A stretch of DNA of 62,844 bases, the filler included, from Squatina squatina (taxonomy: Eukaryota): NCBI GenBank assembly GCA_031763465.1. It is 4 parts of 3 records of this genome, joined end to end, with 100 filler letters (N's around TTAATTAATTAA, not from the genome) between each part and the next. Parts side by side here need not be neighbours in the genome. Positions count along the whole stretch, not along the records: positions 13,365 to 35,283 come from JARFOE010000016.1; 3 more parts are not named here. One strand, given 5' to 3'. Of this stretch, positions 13,265 through 24,236 are shown piece by piece (position 1 is the first letter of the stretch; every line of letters begins with the position of its first letter). The notes beneath the pieces are model-generated. The model was not told the origin of the DNA, ran no database searches, and saw nothing but the letters and a program-made list of their open reading frames with translations. The translations under genes and the position numbers were made by a program.

Positions 13265-13364
13265 NNNNNNNNNNNNNNNNNNNNNNNNNNNNNNNNNNNN
13301 NNNNNNNNTTAATTAATTAANNNNNNNNNNNNNNNNNNNNNNNNNNNNNNNNNNNNNNNNNNNN
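13265..13364. other. Artificial scaffold spacer (44N-TTAATTAATTAA-44N)
   Basis: Palindromic all-frame stop linker at 13309-13320. Confidence 0.97.
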
Positions 13365-16214
13365 GGAATTCATTGGTATAGTGAAATTCATAAATGTCTG
13401 CCTTGTACTAAACTGTTTTGCAGGTTTTTCCCAATCTAACTATAATTCACTAGTTGGTAGGTTTCAAAGTTGTCTGCTTTAATTGTAACTTTTTAGGAAC
13501 TGTTAATATGTTAAAGTAATTTAGTATGGCTTGGTATTTTGTAGACCAGTGCAGGATTCATTGGGATAGCCAGTTTTACACTTTCGATAATTATGAATGC
13601 AATAACACATCAACGGAACTCAGATTATGTTGTAAATCATGAGCAATTTATCAGAAACTCAGATAATGTAACTTTCCTGGAATACTGTCCTACTCAAATT
13701 TGTTACATACTTAACTATTTCTACAACAATTCAGCTTTAAGACGACCAAGGCTATAACATACATTGCTATCATTTTGCAATATATAATATCATTGGATAT
13801 TTCTGACATACTGTATTGTTTACCTAATTTTTATTCTTTTTGTTCAAGAGTTGTCGAGATCACAGGTTAGGAATAATTCGTAGTTCAAAACTAATTACAG
13901 GTTGCGGGACATAAACCATTTCTTGAAGTGATTTCCAAGTTGGTAACTTGGCTCACAATAGACCTGTTTCTGCGTGCCTTTACAGTGAAACCAATTCGGA
14001 CCAATGCCTTCAAAGGTTGAAGGCTACAAGAAGTGATTTGAATGATACCAATCAGCACAGGAAAACTATTTCAGATTGATATGGACTGGCATTCTACCAA
14101 AGAGATCCAACAGCTTTAAATTGGTCGATAAATGGTTATTTACAATCGGATTCAACTTGATCCAGGTTTGTACATGGTCTCTGATTTGAAATATTGACTC
14201 AGGTAAGCCTATATTAAACATCACTGAATGGAAAATTTCAAACTTTACATGACTTGTTTAGACATTTTGAACCGTACATCAGTAAACAGGAACAGAAAGA
14301 CACACAGCAGTCAATAAAGCATGCTTAGCCTTCATTTGGCCAAGTGCCACGGCTGTAAAGATGACGCCATTTAGGATGTACATGGCTGCGTTGAGCGAGC
14401 ACTCTCTTTTCCTAAAGTTAAGTAGTTTTGACAAGTAACTCATCTACAGCCATTCCACACAGCTTTTTTGTCATTTGCATTCTCATTATAATAATGTGAT
14501 TTTACAATGTGGAAAGTGTAAGTACTCACAGCCTTGTAAAACCACTGCATTCTACTCAGGGTGACAATTCAACACAACTTGACAGCAGACGGAATGCAAG
14601 ATCCATGATTGGCATTTTAACCAACTATAAGTGAATTGTGAATACCAACTTCACATCACAAATCATAGCAATAAAGCAATTGAACTTCCTCTTTTAAGTT
14701 GATTTGATATATGCTGGGTGGTACTGGAAAAGACATTTATATCTGATAGGAATTTAAGCAGGATTTTGCTGCTACAGAGTAGGAGGAATTTGGGTTATTT
14801 CAAAACAGGAAGCTATACCTGTGTACAATTGGTTTTTTTGTGGGTTGGTGGGGAGGAAATACAAATAGAAATGGAACACAGCAACTACCAACCATGACAA
14901 AACTCAGACAGTAAAAGGATCATTAATAGCTGGTTAAAGACAGGCTTCCTTCCTTTGTCTCTTTTATAGGCAGGCAAAAGCATGCTTTATGGAGACAGTG
15001 CATCCTTTGAACTACTGTGTGATTCTTATACATTAGGACAATAAGATCAAGAGATAACCTCAAAAGTTTGTTTTTCAAAGCTATAGGCCAATCTGGTATT
15101 AGCAAATCTGATAAAGAATTATCAAAGCTAAAGGAAATGAAATAAGAAAATATTCAGTACACTCAGCTCATCATGCGACATCTGTGGAAAGATTTCTGAC
15201 AAAAGAGTGATGAAGAAATGTCATCGACCTGAAGCTCGAACAATGCAATCCAGATACAGTCCGATATTTTAATGTCAGACCTCAACTTTGTGGTTATTGA
15301 AACCAAGCCGGATACCACGCATTAGTCTGAGAGTTAATGTGTTGTTGCTGTTCTTGTCAGCAGTGCAGTGATCTGAAATGTAAAAATAAATCCAATAATT
15401 AAAGAAAAATCAACGTTTTGACAGTGAACAGAACGTGTAAGTTCAGAAATGTATTCCGTCGTGAAAAGCTTTGATCTGATTTAACATTATGTGCCAGCGG
15501 CAAATCACATGCTTTGGATTTTTTTAAAATACATTTCAGTGCTGTTGAGACGAGTTTACTTTGAACATTCTGCCTTTGACCATTCTCACAGAGGCTGTCT
15601 GACTGGTTACTGAGTTCTCTGAATTTTGCTGGCCCTTTACCCGCCCCAGTAAATGGCTCCGAGTGGTTATGATTCAGTTCTCTTTGCTCCTCGGCACAGA
15701 CTCTATGCCCCATTGCGGAAATATCAAAGTCGATCTTCTTAAATTAATTACATGAAACTTTGTGAAAGATAAACAATTGTTCAAATCAATACTGACAACT
15801 GGTAACATTTTGTTTCAGAATGTCGGAAATACATGTTAACCGAATGACAGTGAAAATTTAATCAGCTTGCTTGCTTTTCATGTGATAGAATTTCATCCGT
15901 TTGCATTTCACAGATTGCATGTTAAGAGTTTTGTTACTTGAGGTTCAGTGATTATTTCACCAGGAATCTGGCGCAGCAAATTCTCGCCCAATTTATCACA
16001 ATAGAGGAGAAACTCGCCCCTGGAAGACAATTTGGAGCAAGTTACAAAGTAATATGTCCGCCTGGGATCGAACTAATAGGTCTGTGCAAGTTAGGCGAAC
16101 GTGTAAATCATTACCTTACGGAGTTCTCTGTTCGGTTTGTCAAACATAATTCAGCAGATGTGGCAACAAGAGCAGGTCAAGGCTTGGTATGTTGCGGGAA
16201 GTGTCTCACCTCCT

Positions 16215-16770
16215 GACTCCGCAAATCCTTTGCATCATCTACAGGGCACAAGTCAGGATTGCTTTTGAATATTCCTCACTTCCCTGGATGAGTACAGCTG
16301 CAACAACACTCAGGAAGCTCGACCTCATCCAGGAAAAAAGCAGACACTAGTTTGGCACTCAATCCACCACATTTAACATTCACTCCCTCCATCCTACCTT
16401 ATCTGCAATGTGGACCATGTACAAGATGCACGGCAGCAACTCGCCAAGGCTTCTTCTGCAGCACCTTCCCAACCCGCGACTTCTACCACCTAGAAGAACC
16501 AGGGCAGAAATGACATGGGAACACCAGCACCTCCAAGTACTCCTCCAAATCACACAACATCCTGATTTGGAAGTCTGTTGCCGTTCCTTCCGCGATGTTG
16601 GGTCAAAGTCATAGAACTCCCTCTTTAACAGCACTGTGGGAGTACCTTCACCACACGGTCTGCAGTGGTTCAAGAAGGCGTGTCACCACCACCTTCTGAA
16701 GGGGAATTAGCGATGGGCAATAAATGCTGGCTTTGCCAGCGACGCCCACACCCCATGAACGAATAAAAAC
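16215..16770 (+). mobile_element. 3' end of a CR1/L2-group LINE (decayed RT C-terminus plus 3' UTR)
   Basis: Translates as IYRAQVRIAFEYSSLPWMSTAATTLRKLDLIQ. Ends GGGCAATAAATGCTGG...GAATAAAAA. The same tail occurs inverted at ~11435-11545 and ~42325-42435. Confidence 0.8.
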
Positions 16771-19700
16771 GTGAATCACTGAGTCACCTCTCTCTGCACT
16801 GAGGGACTTTCTGTTTATCCAACTAGTTTTTAAAAAATGATGAGAAGGTATGATTTCTGCCCCCACTGTCCTTTCAGGTAGCGATTTCCAGAGCACCAGC
16901 AACCTCTGGGTGAAATCATATAAGGTTTGATTTCCGGCCCATAAATAGGCAGGCGCTGAGTCAAAGTAGTTTGTCTCCCAGTCTGGTCGGTGGATCTGCA
17001 CTCGGCAAACAAAGAGCTGGAGATTAAGACACATGCTTTTTCTCTTTATTTGTCTTTCTTCGATTCGCTGGGCTACGGGGATATGTCAGGTGAGTGAGAG
17101 TGCACTTGCAGAGAGCTGGCACGGGATCGACGGGCCGAATGGCCTTCTTATGTTCTGTTGCCATCCATTAGCTCATGTCCTGTTGTGTTAATCATCACAA
17201 GCAGTGCCAGACAGACAGAGCGTGTCCGACCTCCCCGGGATGTGCAAAAGGCATCAGTTTAGGACAAATACACCAATCAAATGTTCAACCGGAGCTGAGA
17301 GTAAAACAAACACAGCGAAGAGCAGAGGGAGATTGAGGATTAAAGGCAAACATAATACCAGATTGAATTGGCCAGGTGCTCATTCCTCACTTCGGGAGAA
17401 TGGCACCCATCAGATCTCGGTGTTCAGGTTATGTTAATGTTCTGCTCTATTGTGTACAGACAGGGAACGCTGACATAACAGGAGGGACCTCACAGTGCTG
17501 GAGACCGAGACAAGTACACTGACATCTTTACAAAAAGTTACAGAGCACAACATGTGCTTAAAATTCCCCGGATTGTTTTCCCGCCCGAAAGTCACAACCG
17601 CTCCACGGAAGGTTTGAACCTTCCCACCTCAAATTAAGAGCATGACGCACGAGCGACTGTTCTCCTTAGAGCAGAGAAGGCCAAGTGGAGATTGTGATAT
17701 CGTGAATAAGGCGAAACTGTTTCCAGTGACAGGTGGGAGGTGGGGTGCGGGGGTGTTTCTAACCAGAGGACCCACATTCAAGCTCACATCAAAAGAAGCA
17801 GAGGCGACGTTAGGAATCATGTTTTTGATCGAGTCAATGTGATCTGGAAGGCACTGCCTCAATTCCCAATTAAGACAAATGCACAAATCAATGAACACAA
17901 TATACAGATAGATCAAAATACACATGTAACTTCCAGCAATGTAAAGTGATTTACTCAGGAGGTATAAAGCAAAAAGCCACCTTCCAGTCACCAGTATTAG
18001 AGTTTATTTTATGGTGTTGTTGTAGCGTGGCCAAGGCGTGTAATGTGCGGAATTTAAGCTCCAGTCTCCTTGGCGGCGTGGGATGGAATCCCATAGCTTA
18101 AGCTATATTTTTGTCTGGCAAAATGCGAGATGGGACGTTCAAAATAAAAATGCTGGAAACATTCAACAGCCTCTGAGCAGAGATATTCTTCACCAAGAGC
18201 CATTTTTGGTGGCATTATGGGCAAGACCACTGCAGCTGGTCTGTGGTGGCGTGACCTTATCATTGTTAATGTTCTGCTTTGTGGTCGCAGGAACTCAGCA
18301 AGACTGTGATAGTGAAAGCGCAAAATTAAAATCAGAATCTGCGGGCACCACTTAGCAGGTCAGGCAGCGTCTCTGGAGAGACTCTCGCTTTATCAGGTCA
18401 GCATTCTGCAATTTGATGGAAACTTCATACAGCTCACACCTTCCATTCTCAGCACCCCGGAAAACAATCAGATACTTGGTGATTTGAGCAAACAGAGGAT
18501 AGCCAGCAATGCAAAACCAAAAAATTCGATTTCTGAGTCGACTAAAACTCACCATTTCTGTGTGATTAAATAAAGGACGCCACACCTAAAAAATTAAATG
18601 CAGCAACATATGCACACAGTCCAATGAATTAATAATCCAGCAATGCAACCACTCGGCCAGCTCGTTGCATGAGTAGGGCTTACAAGTTCATTTAGTTTCT
18701 TTGCTTTAAACGCAAAGCTTCAGAGGCAGGAAACGACATGATGAGTTCTTTGTGACTGGAAGGCTGTTTCCAGTGAGGTTCAGCAGGGCTCAGTATCAGG
18801 TGCCTTGCTTTTTGTGGTATATATCAATAAATTGGACTTGAATGTGCTATCATTAAGAAGGTTGCACCTCCACCATCTCAGTTCCAGAAGCAGAAAGGAT
18901 GTGAGATCAAGCACCGCTCCAGAGAGTTAAGCACAAAATCCAGATTGTGGGGTACAGTGTAGGATTATCACGGACTAGTTGTTTTTCGGAATACTGACTT
19001 TACAATCTTAGAATCATCAGTACCTTATAGTCATCAGTAGCAGATTTATAATAGTATGTAAGAATTAAATAAAAAGGTCTGTGGTTATCAACTGTATGCA
19101 ATGGTGGACTGAAATGTGTACAATGTGTAATGTTTTTTTCTTATGCGGAAAAGTCTGTCAGTAAGCTGTAACCAGACAAGCTGGGGTGAGAAAGAGATTG
19201 CCATGGTCGAATATACTGCAGTTAGCCGGGGAACTGAGGTTAGGTGCAGTTACCTTTGTGCTGGAATGTTACAACATCCGCAGTGAATTATGAAAACAAA
19301 GGCCCACAGCAGGGGCCGCATCTCAACCTTTGGAGACATTTTCCTTTTGTGTTGCCACAACCACCCCACATCTGAGTTTTGAAGGTCAAACACAGATGAT
19401 ACAAGAGTGTTAAGCCTGCACAAACCAGGGTGCTGCGAACATGGCATCTTTTCGCTTTTGGCGTCAGCTTTGAATGAGAGTCAGGTTAGAAGCAGGGCGT
19501 CTTAACAGGCACAAACTGTAGTAGATTTCAGGAGCAGAAGATTTCAGGAAGATTCAAAGAGATCCCCGGGAGACGAGCAGAGATGATAGACAAGAGACAC
19601 AGGGTGCAGCTCACTCATGAGTGTAAGTGGTGATATAAGTCTCAATTATACTCTGTAAACTGCTGCTCGAATACTGTAATGTATTAATTCTTGCCTGTGA

Positions 19701-19964
19701 TGAATAACGTGAAATCTCTGCCCACAATATGGGCCAACCTCGAATCATTTGGAAACTTGGTCCCTCTGGGATCTTAGACACAAATCACTGAAAGTAGCAA
19801 CGTGAGTCAATAAGGCCTTAATAAAGCAAACCAAGCCTTGGGGTTCATTTCTAAAGGTGTGGAATTGAAAAGCAGAGAAGTTATGTTGAATTGTAGCGAA
19901 CCTTGGTTAGAGCGTGGTTAAGATGAAGGTTTCCAGTTCTGGTCTCAATATTCTGGTCCTCATA

Positions 19965-20345
19965 GGTCCCGCGCTGCCGCTTCGACAATCATCCAGATAG
20001 CGCTGGCCAGAGGCTGGAGCCGGCCCCTCATCCCTGACCCCAAGCCCCCGGATAAAACGGCCAATCAGCCGCCCCGTGACGTCAGCCCGCATTGTGGCAT
20101 CGCCCGCCGCCCTACCCCGCCCCGCCTGGCTGCCATCTTGGTGTGACCGAGCTCACTGCGCATGCACGGCCATTCACTGCCCGAAGAACCGCGCGATTCA
20201 AAGAAAAAGCGACTTCAGTTTGCAGCAAAATCGCCGCTCGCTCTTGACGGAGAGACTGAGAGTTTGTCCCGCGCAGGAGGGACAAAGCGGCGACTGACCG
20301 GTCGGGTGAGGTGCGCATGTGTGAACTTTGTTCCAAGAGTCACGC
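19965..20345. promoter_or_regulatory. CpG-island promoter, probably bidirectional
   Basis: Sharp CpG enrichment. CCAAT (20061), full CRE TGACGTCA (~20077), GC boxes, YY1-type GCCATCTT (~20132), NRF1-like TGCGCATG (~20157 and ~20313), possible donor CGG|GTGAGG (~20305). Confidence 0.75.
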
Positions 20346-20440
20346 CCCTGTGTCACCCATAGGGGCCTTTCACCGCGCGCTGCATTGTGGGAGCTCAGAC
20401 CCGCCATGATCCAGCTCAAAATTCCCGATGCCCCAATCTC

Positions 20441-20513
20441 ATCTCTCTCCAGCATTGACACAAAAAAAAAATCTCTCTCCAGCATTGACACAAAAAAAAA
20501 TCTCTCTCCAGCA
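20441..20513. repeat. 30-bp tandem duplication (ATCTCTCTCCAGCATTGACACAAAAAAAAA) x2.4
   Basis: Direct reading. Confidence 0.9.
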
Positions 20514-21403
20514 GTCGGAGTGTGGGAGCTCGTGAGTTGGAGGGCGGTGACTTGTGGAAATTGCAGCCTCCATTACAGCTGCTACTTTCAGCCCAAGCTG
20601 TGCCGCAGTTGAGGAGGGAAGGAGAGCAGCAACCGCCAGAGAGGAGACAGCAACCGCGAGAAAGGAGATCTCTGCTTATGCTCAAGGAAAAAGGAGGAGG
20701 AGAAGATAACTTTTTTGGAAGCTCCAGAACAGCAGCAGACAGCCAAAAACACCGGAGCTGAAGTCTGCATCGGTGGAGCAGCTGAGGCGAGTGCAGCTAA
20801 TTGCGTGGGTTCCAACTGAGAGGAGGAGACGCCAGCTGCAGTAAAGCAGACTGCTTTTGACAAGAAGCAAAATTCTGCAACAAGAAGGCGCATGCAGAGG
20901 AGCGGCATTTGAGAGTGAGAGGGAACTGTGACAAGGAGAGGGGAGAAGGAGGGGAAAATAAAAACCAACAAACATTTTCCACAAAAGGGAGAGAGGAGAA
21001 GTCAACCACCCGATATTACCACCAGGAAGGAGGGAGAGCCAGGAAGAACACAGTCTACAGGTGGGTATAAGTGCATTCTCCATTAAGTGACTTTGTAATT
21101 GTAGTTGGGGGGAGGGGAAAGAAGGCGAGGAACATCGACGGGGGCGGGGGGCGAGGTAATTGCAACACCCCCTCCCCATTGCCTGGCCCAGGACAGCTGG
21201 AGCTGCCTGGGTGAAGACCCCCATTTAATTACTTGGACTTTCTTTTGGAGGAGAACCTGTGCCCACGCAGTTCCAACTGTCCTGGGGGAAGACATCATCT
21301 CCCCCCACCCGAAGATCACCGGGGAAAATATCAGAGGAGAGTGCACCCCAGCACACCCACCCAACGGTGCAAGGGAAGACCCACCCCTGCAGCCTCCCTC
21401 CTT

Positions 21404-21406
<3 letters not shown>

Positions 21407-21434
<28 letters not shown>
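21407..21434. repeat. (CT)n microsatellite
   Basis: Direct reading. Confidence 0.95.
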
Positions 21435-21437
<3 letters not shown>

Positions 21438-21499
21438 CTGCCTTCTCTGCGGGCACTTCCAAAATTTATGTGAAAAACCAAGGCCAATTACGACCAAAC

Positions 21500-23085
21500 G
21501 GCCTGTGACATTGGAGTGGGTATAGCTCTAAAGAGGGTATTGCCCCAAGCCCAGCGACATGTCGGCTCCGTCGTCACCAGTGGCAGGGCAGGCGAGGTCA
21601 TACGCGGACGTGGCAGCTACAGCTACGGCCACAGCTACGCCCGCTGCTCCTGCCCTGTCGCCATTCAGACTCCTGACAGAGAAGCATGGGATGAAGAGCT
21701 ATGCTCACTGCAACATGACCATCGAGATGTGTGCTTAGGCAATTGCCGAGGTTGTCGGCCCCTCGGCCATCATCGCCGCATCAAAGATGTATGGGAATGC
21801 TGTGTTCTTCCGGCGCTCGGAGCGGGCGGTGGCCCTGGCTATCAATACGGGGCTCACGCTGGGCGGGACTTTCCTGGCGTCGACACTCTGGAGGCCGTCG
21901 CACAGAGAATTATTATATCCAACGTCCGGCCCTTCATTAACGCGGAGCTCCTCCTCCCCCGCCTGAGTCAGCTGGGGGAGGTGAGGTCGGGGATCACTCC
22001 CGTCCTGCTCTGGTGCAGGGAGAGCAGCCTGCGACATGTCTTGTCCTTCCGGCGCCAGCTCTTCGTGCGGATGGCACGGGCAGAAGACACAGGGGCCTTC
22101 ACGGTTTTCTAAGGAGGGGACCACTTACCACGTCTTTTGGTCCTCGGACGGGGGGGCGGTGCGACGCCTGTAAGGAGGTGGGGCATGTTGGCAAAAACAG
22201 CCCCACCTCCAAGGCCGCCAGCACAGCCAGGGCGGCCGAGGTTGGCACCGCAGCCATTCCTCCCCCAGATCCTACACGAATGACATCCGGTGCGCGGGCG
22301 ATGCCGGAGACAAGTGCCATCACTGCCTCCGCCAGGGGGAGTGGACACCGTCTGGGGGGAAGGAACGCGCTGTCCAGAGCAGACACCTACGTGAGGGGAG
22401 TCCCATCCGAGTCCTATCGGATATTGACGTGCTCGTCACCTCAATCTGTCAGGAAGCCGCGCCGAGCGTTCCCATGACCGCACCCATACGGCAGCCAAAG
22501 AAAAATCCACGGCCGGTCTCGGGCCCGGAGACAACGGGAAGCAGGGACCGGAAGGAGGGTCCTCTGCCGAAACGGAGGTCATGCTGCCTCCGGGGTTGTC
22601 CGGTGAAAAGCGGAGGTGCCGCTCTGCATGGTCGCAGGAGGATCTTCACGAGTCAGGTCCCTCCGGTCTGGAGGAGTCGGTGCACGGTGCGAGTCCCGCG
22701 GCCACACTTACCGTCTCAAAGACACGCCGTCGGGGGCCCCTCGTCATTCGGGAGGGCGGGCCGGAGTCACTCGTCGGACAGGTGCCTCCCGGGGACGGGA
22801 AGTAAATCCTGCCTGGGGCGGGGGCCATAGGACTGGGAGAGCAGAAAGAGTCAATGCAATTCGTCAGTGGGTCGAGCAACGTGGAGGCTGAGACGGGCGA
22901 GGCAGACGGGGCTAACCCTGCCCAGCTGCATTTGGAGATCGCCCATGCATTGCTCGACCTGGGGATGAAAGGGTTAATGAGACGCCACCCGCTGGTTCAG
23001 AAGGTGGTGGCGATGGGGAATGCCCTGCGTCTCCGTCCCCACCATCGGTGATGGCTGTGCAGGGGGAGTGCAACATCTTCGTGTG
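21500..23085 (+). mobile_element. Tx1-clade (L1 group) non-LTR retrotransposon ORF1, decayed
   Basis: Joined frames give AEVVGPSAIIAASKMYGNAVFF...RIIISNVRPFI...LRHVLSFRRQLFV...CDACKEVGHVGKNS, i.e. Tx1 ORF1 motifs plus a degenerate CCHC knuckle. Contains a stop at 22110 and frameshifts. Confidence 0.88.
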
Positions 23086-23086
23086 G

Positions 23087-23440
23087 AAACATAGAAAATA
23101 GGTGCAGGAGTAGGCCATTAGGCCCTTCGAGCCTGCACCGCCATTCAATATGATCATGGCTGNNNNNNNNNNNNNNNNNNNNNNNNNNNNNNNNNNNNNN
23201 NNNNNNNNNNNNNNNNNNNNNNNNNNNNNNNNNNNNNNNNNNNNNNNNNNNNNNNNNNNNNNAGACCTTGTGCATATTTAAGTCCGAGATAGATAGATTT
23301 CTAATCAGGAAGGGAATCAAGGGTTATGGGGAGAAGGCGAGAAGGTGGACTTGTGAAATATCAGATCAGCCAATTGAATGGCGGAGCGGGCTCGACAGGC
23401 CGAATAGCCTACTCCTGTTCCTACTTCTTATGGTCTTATG
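23087..23440. mobile_element. CR1 (shark HER1-like) LINE 3' tails: minus copy 23087-23162 and plus copy 23265-23440, either side of a gap
   Basis: TGAATGGCGG..GGCTCGA..GGCC.AAT.GCCTACTCCTG stem region and TTCTATG-type tail. Confidence 0.88.
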
Positions 23441-23488
23441 GAGATCATTGCAACAACAACAACAGCAACAATATTGTAAATGACAAAC

Positions 23489-23602
23489 TTGCTTAGTATA
23501 ATAAATAAAAGCAGAAAATGCTGGAAATGCTTAGCAGGTCAGGCAGTGACGTTTTTATTTCAGATTTCCAGCATCCGCAGTATTTTGCTTTTGCTTAGTA
23601 TA
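23489..23602. mobile_element. Short interspersed element (family also at 41596-41745) flanked by a 12-bp direct repeat
   Basis: TTGCTTAGTATA at 23489-23500 and 23591-23602. Body AGAAAATGCTGGAAAT..AGCAGGTCAGGCAG. Confidence 0.7.
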
Positions 23603-23992
23603 TTACAAGGTGTGCCTGACTACTCTTGCCTTGTCTAAGGTATGATTCTCTAAGAACCTAATTTCTTCTACAAGGAAAGAAAATTCCTGTATGCCACACT
23701 CTGGCCCTGTGGGACATCTCAGGTGTAGTATCTGAATAAGGGTTGCTATTCATGTCACTTCAAGGATTCAAATGTATAGGTGAAATAGTAAAACATTCAC
23801 ATTTAACTACAGTTGAAGACACTGAAACAATGCAGTTACCACATTAATTTCTGAAAGGCAAGTTGTTTGAGTTTTGCTAAATAAGTAAAGATATTGAAAA
23901 ATTGAGGGGGTGCGGATTAATAAAACTACTTTGTGGCTGTTTCTCATCTTATTTTTAACCACTCTCAAAGTCTTTTGCTTACTTTTCAAAAG

Positions 23993-24236
23993 TTCATTAT
24001 TTTTGACGGTGTTGTGCAAAAGATGGGCACATTACACAATTGCACCAATCAGAAGTGTCCTACAAAAGTGTGGAAACCTGACACAAATAGCCACCACACT
24101 GCAAGGGATTATGATTGATTTGGTAGAAAGCAATAGCAAAGTGTCTAAGGAATATTCTTCACCGTGGCATGCAGCCAAATTTCTGGAGGAAGAATCTGAC
24201 ATCCTGGTGGAGGAGTTTCTCAAACATGTTAGATAA
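23993..24236 (+). CDS. Candidate terminal coding exon of an unidentified gene (...SKEYSSPWHAAKFLEEESDILVEEFLKHVR*)
   Basis: Polypyrimidine tract plus AG, an 80-codon open frame with protein-like helical composition, tandem stops TAA TGA, then AT-rich sequence. Confidence 0.45.

Noticed and set aside
13309-13320. Perfect palindrome TTAATTAATTAA as a regulatory or recombination site
   Set aside because: Always centred in 44N flanks, so it is a synthetic linker.
21516-22112. 198-aa ORF as a host gene or domesticated ZCCHC3-like gene
   Set aside because: Frameshifts, an internal stop and a broken zinc knuckle indicate a decayed Tx1 ORF1.
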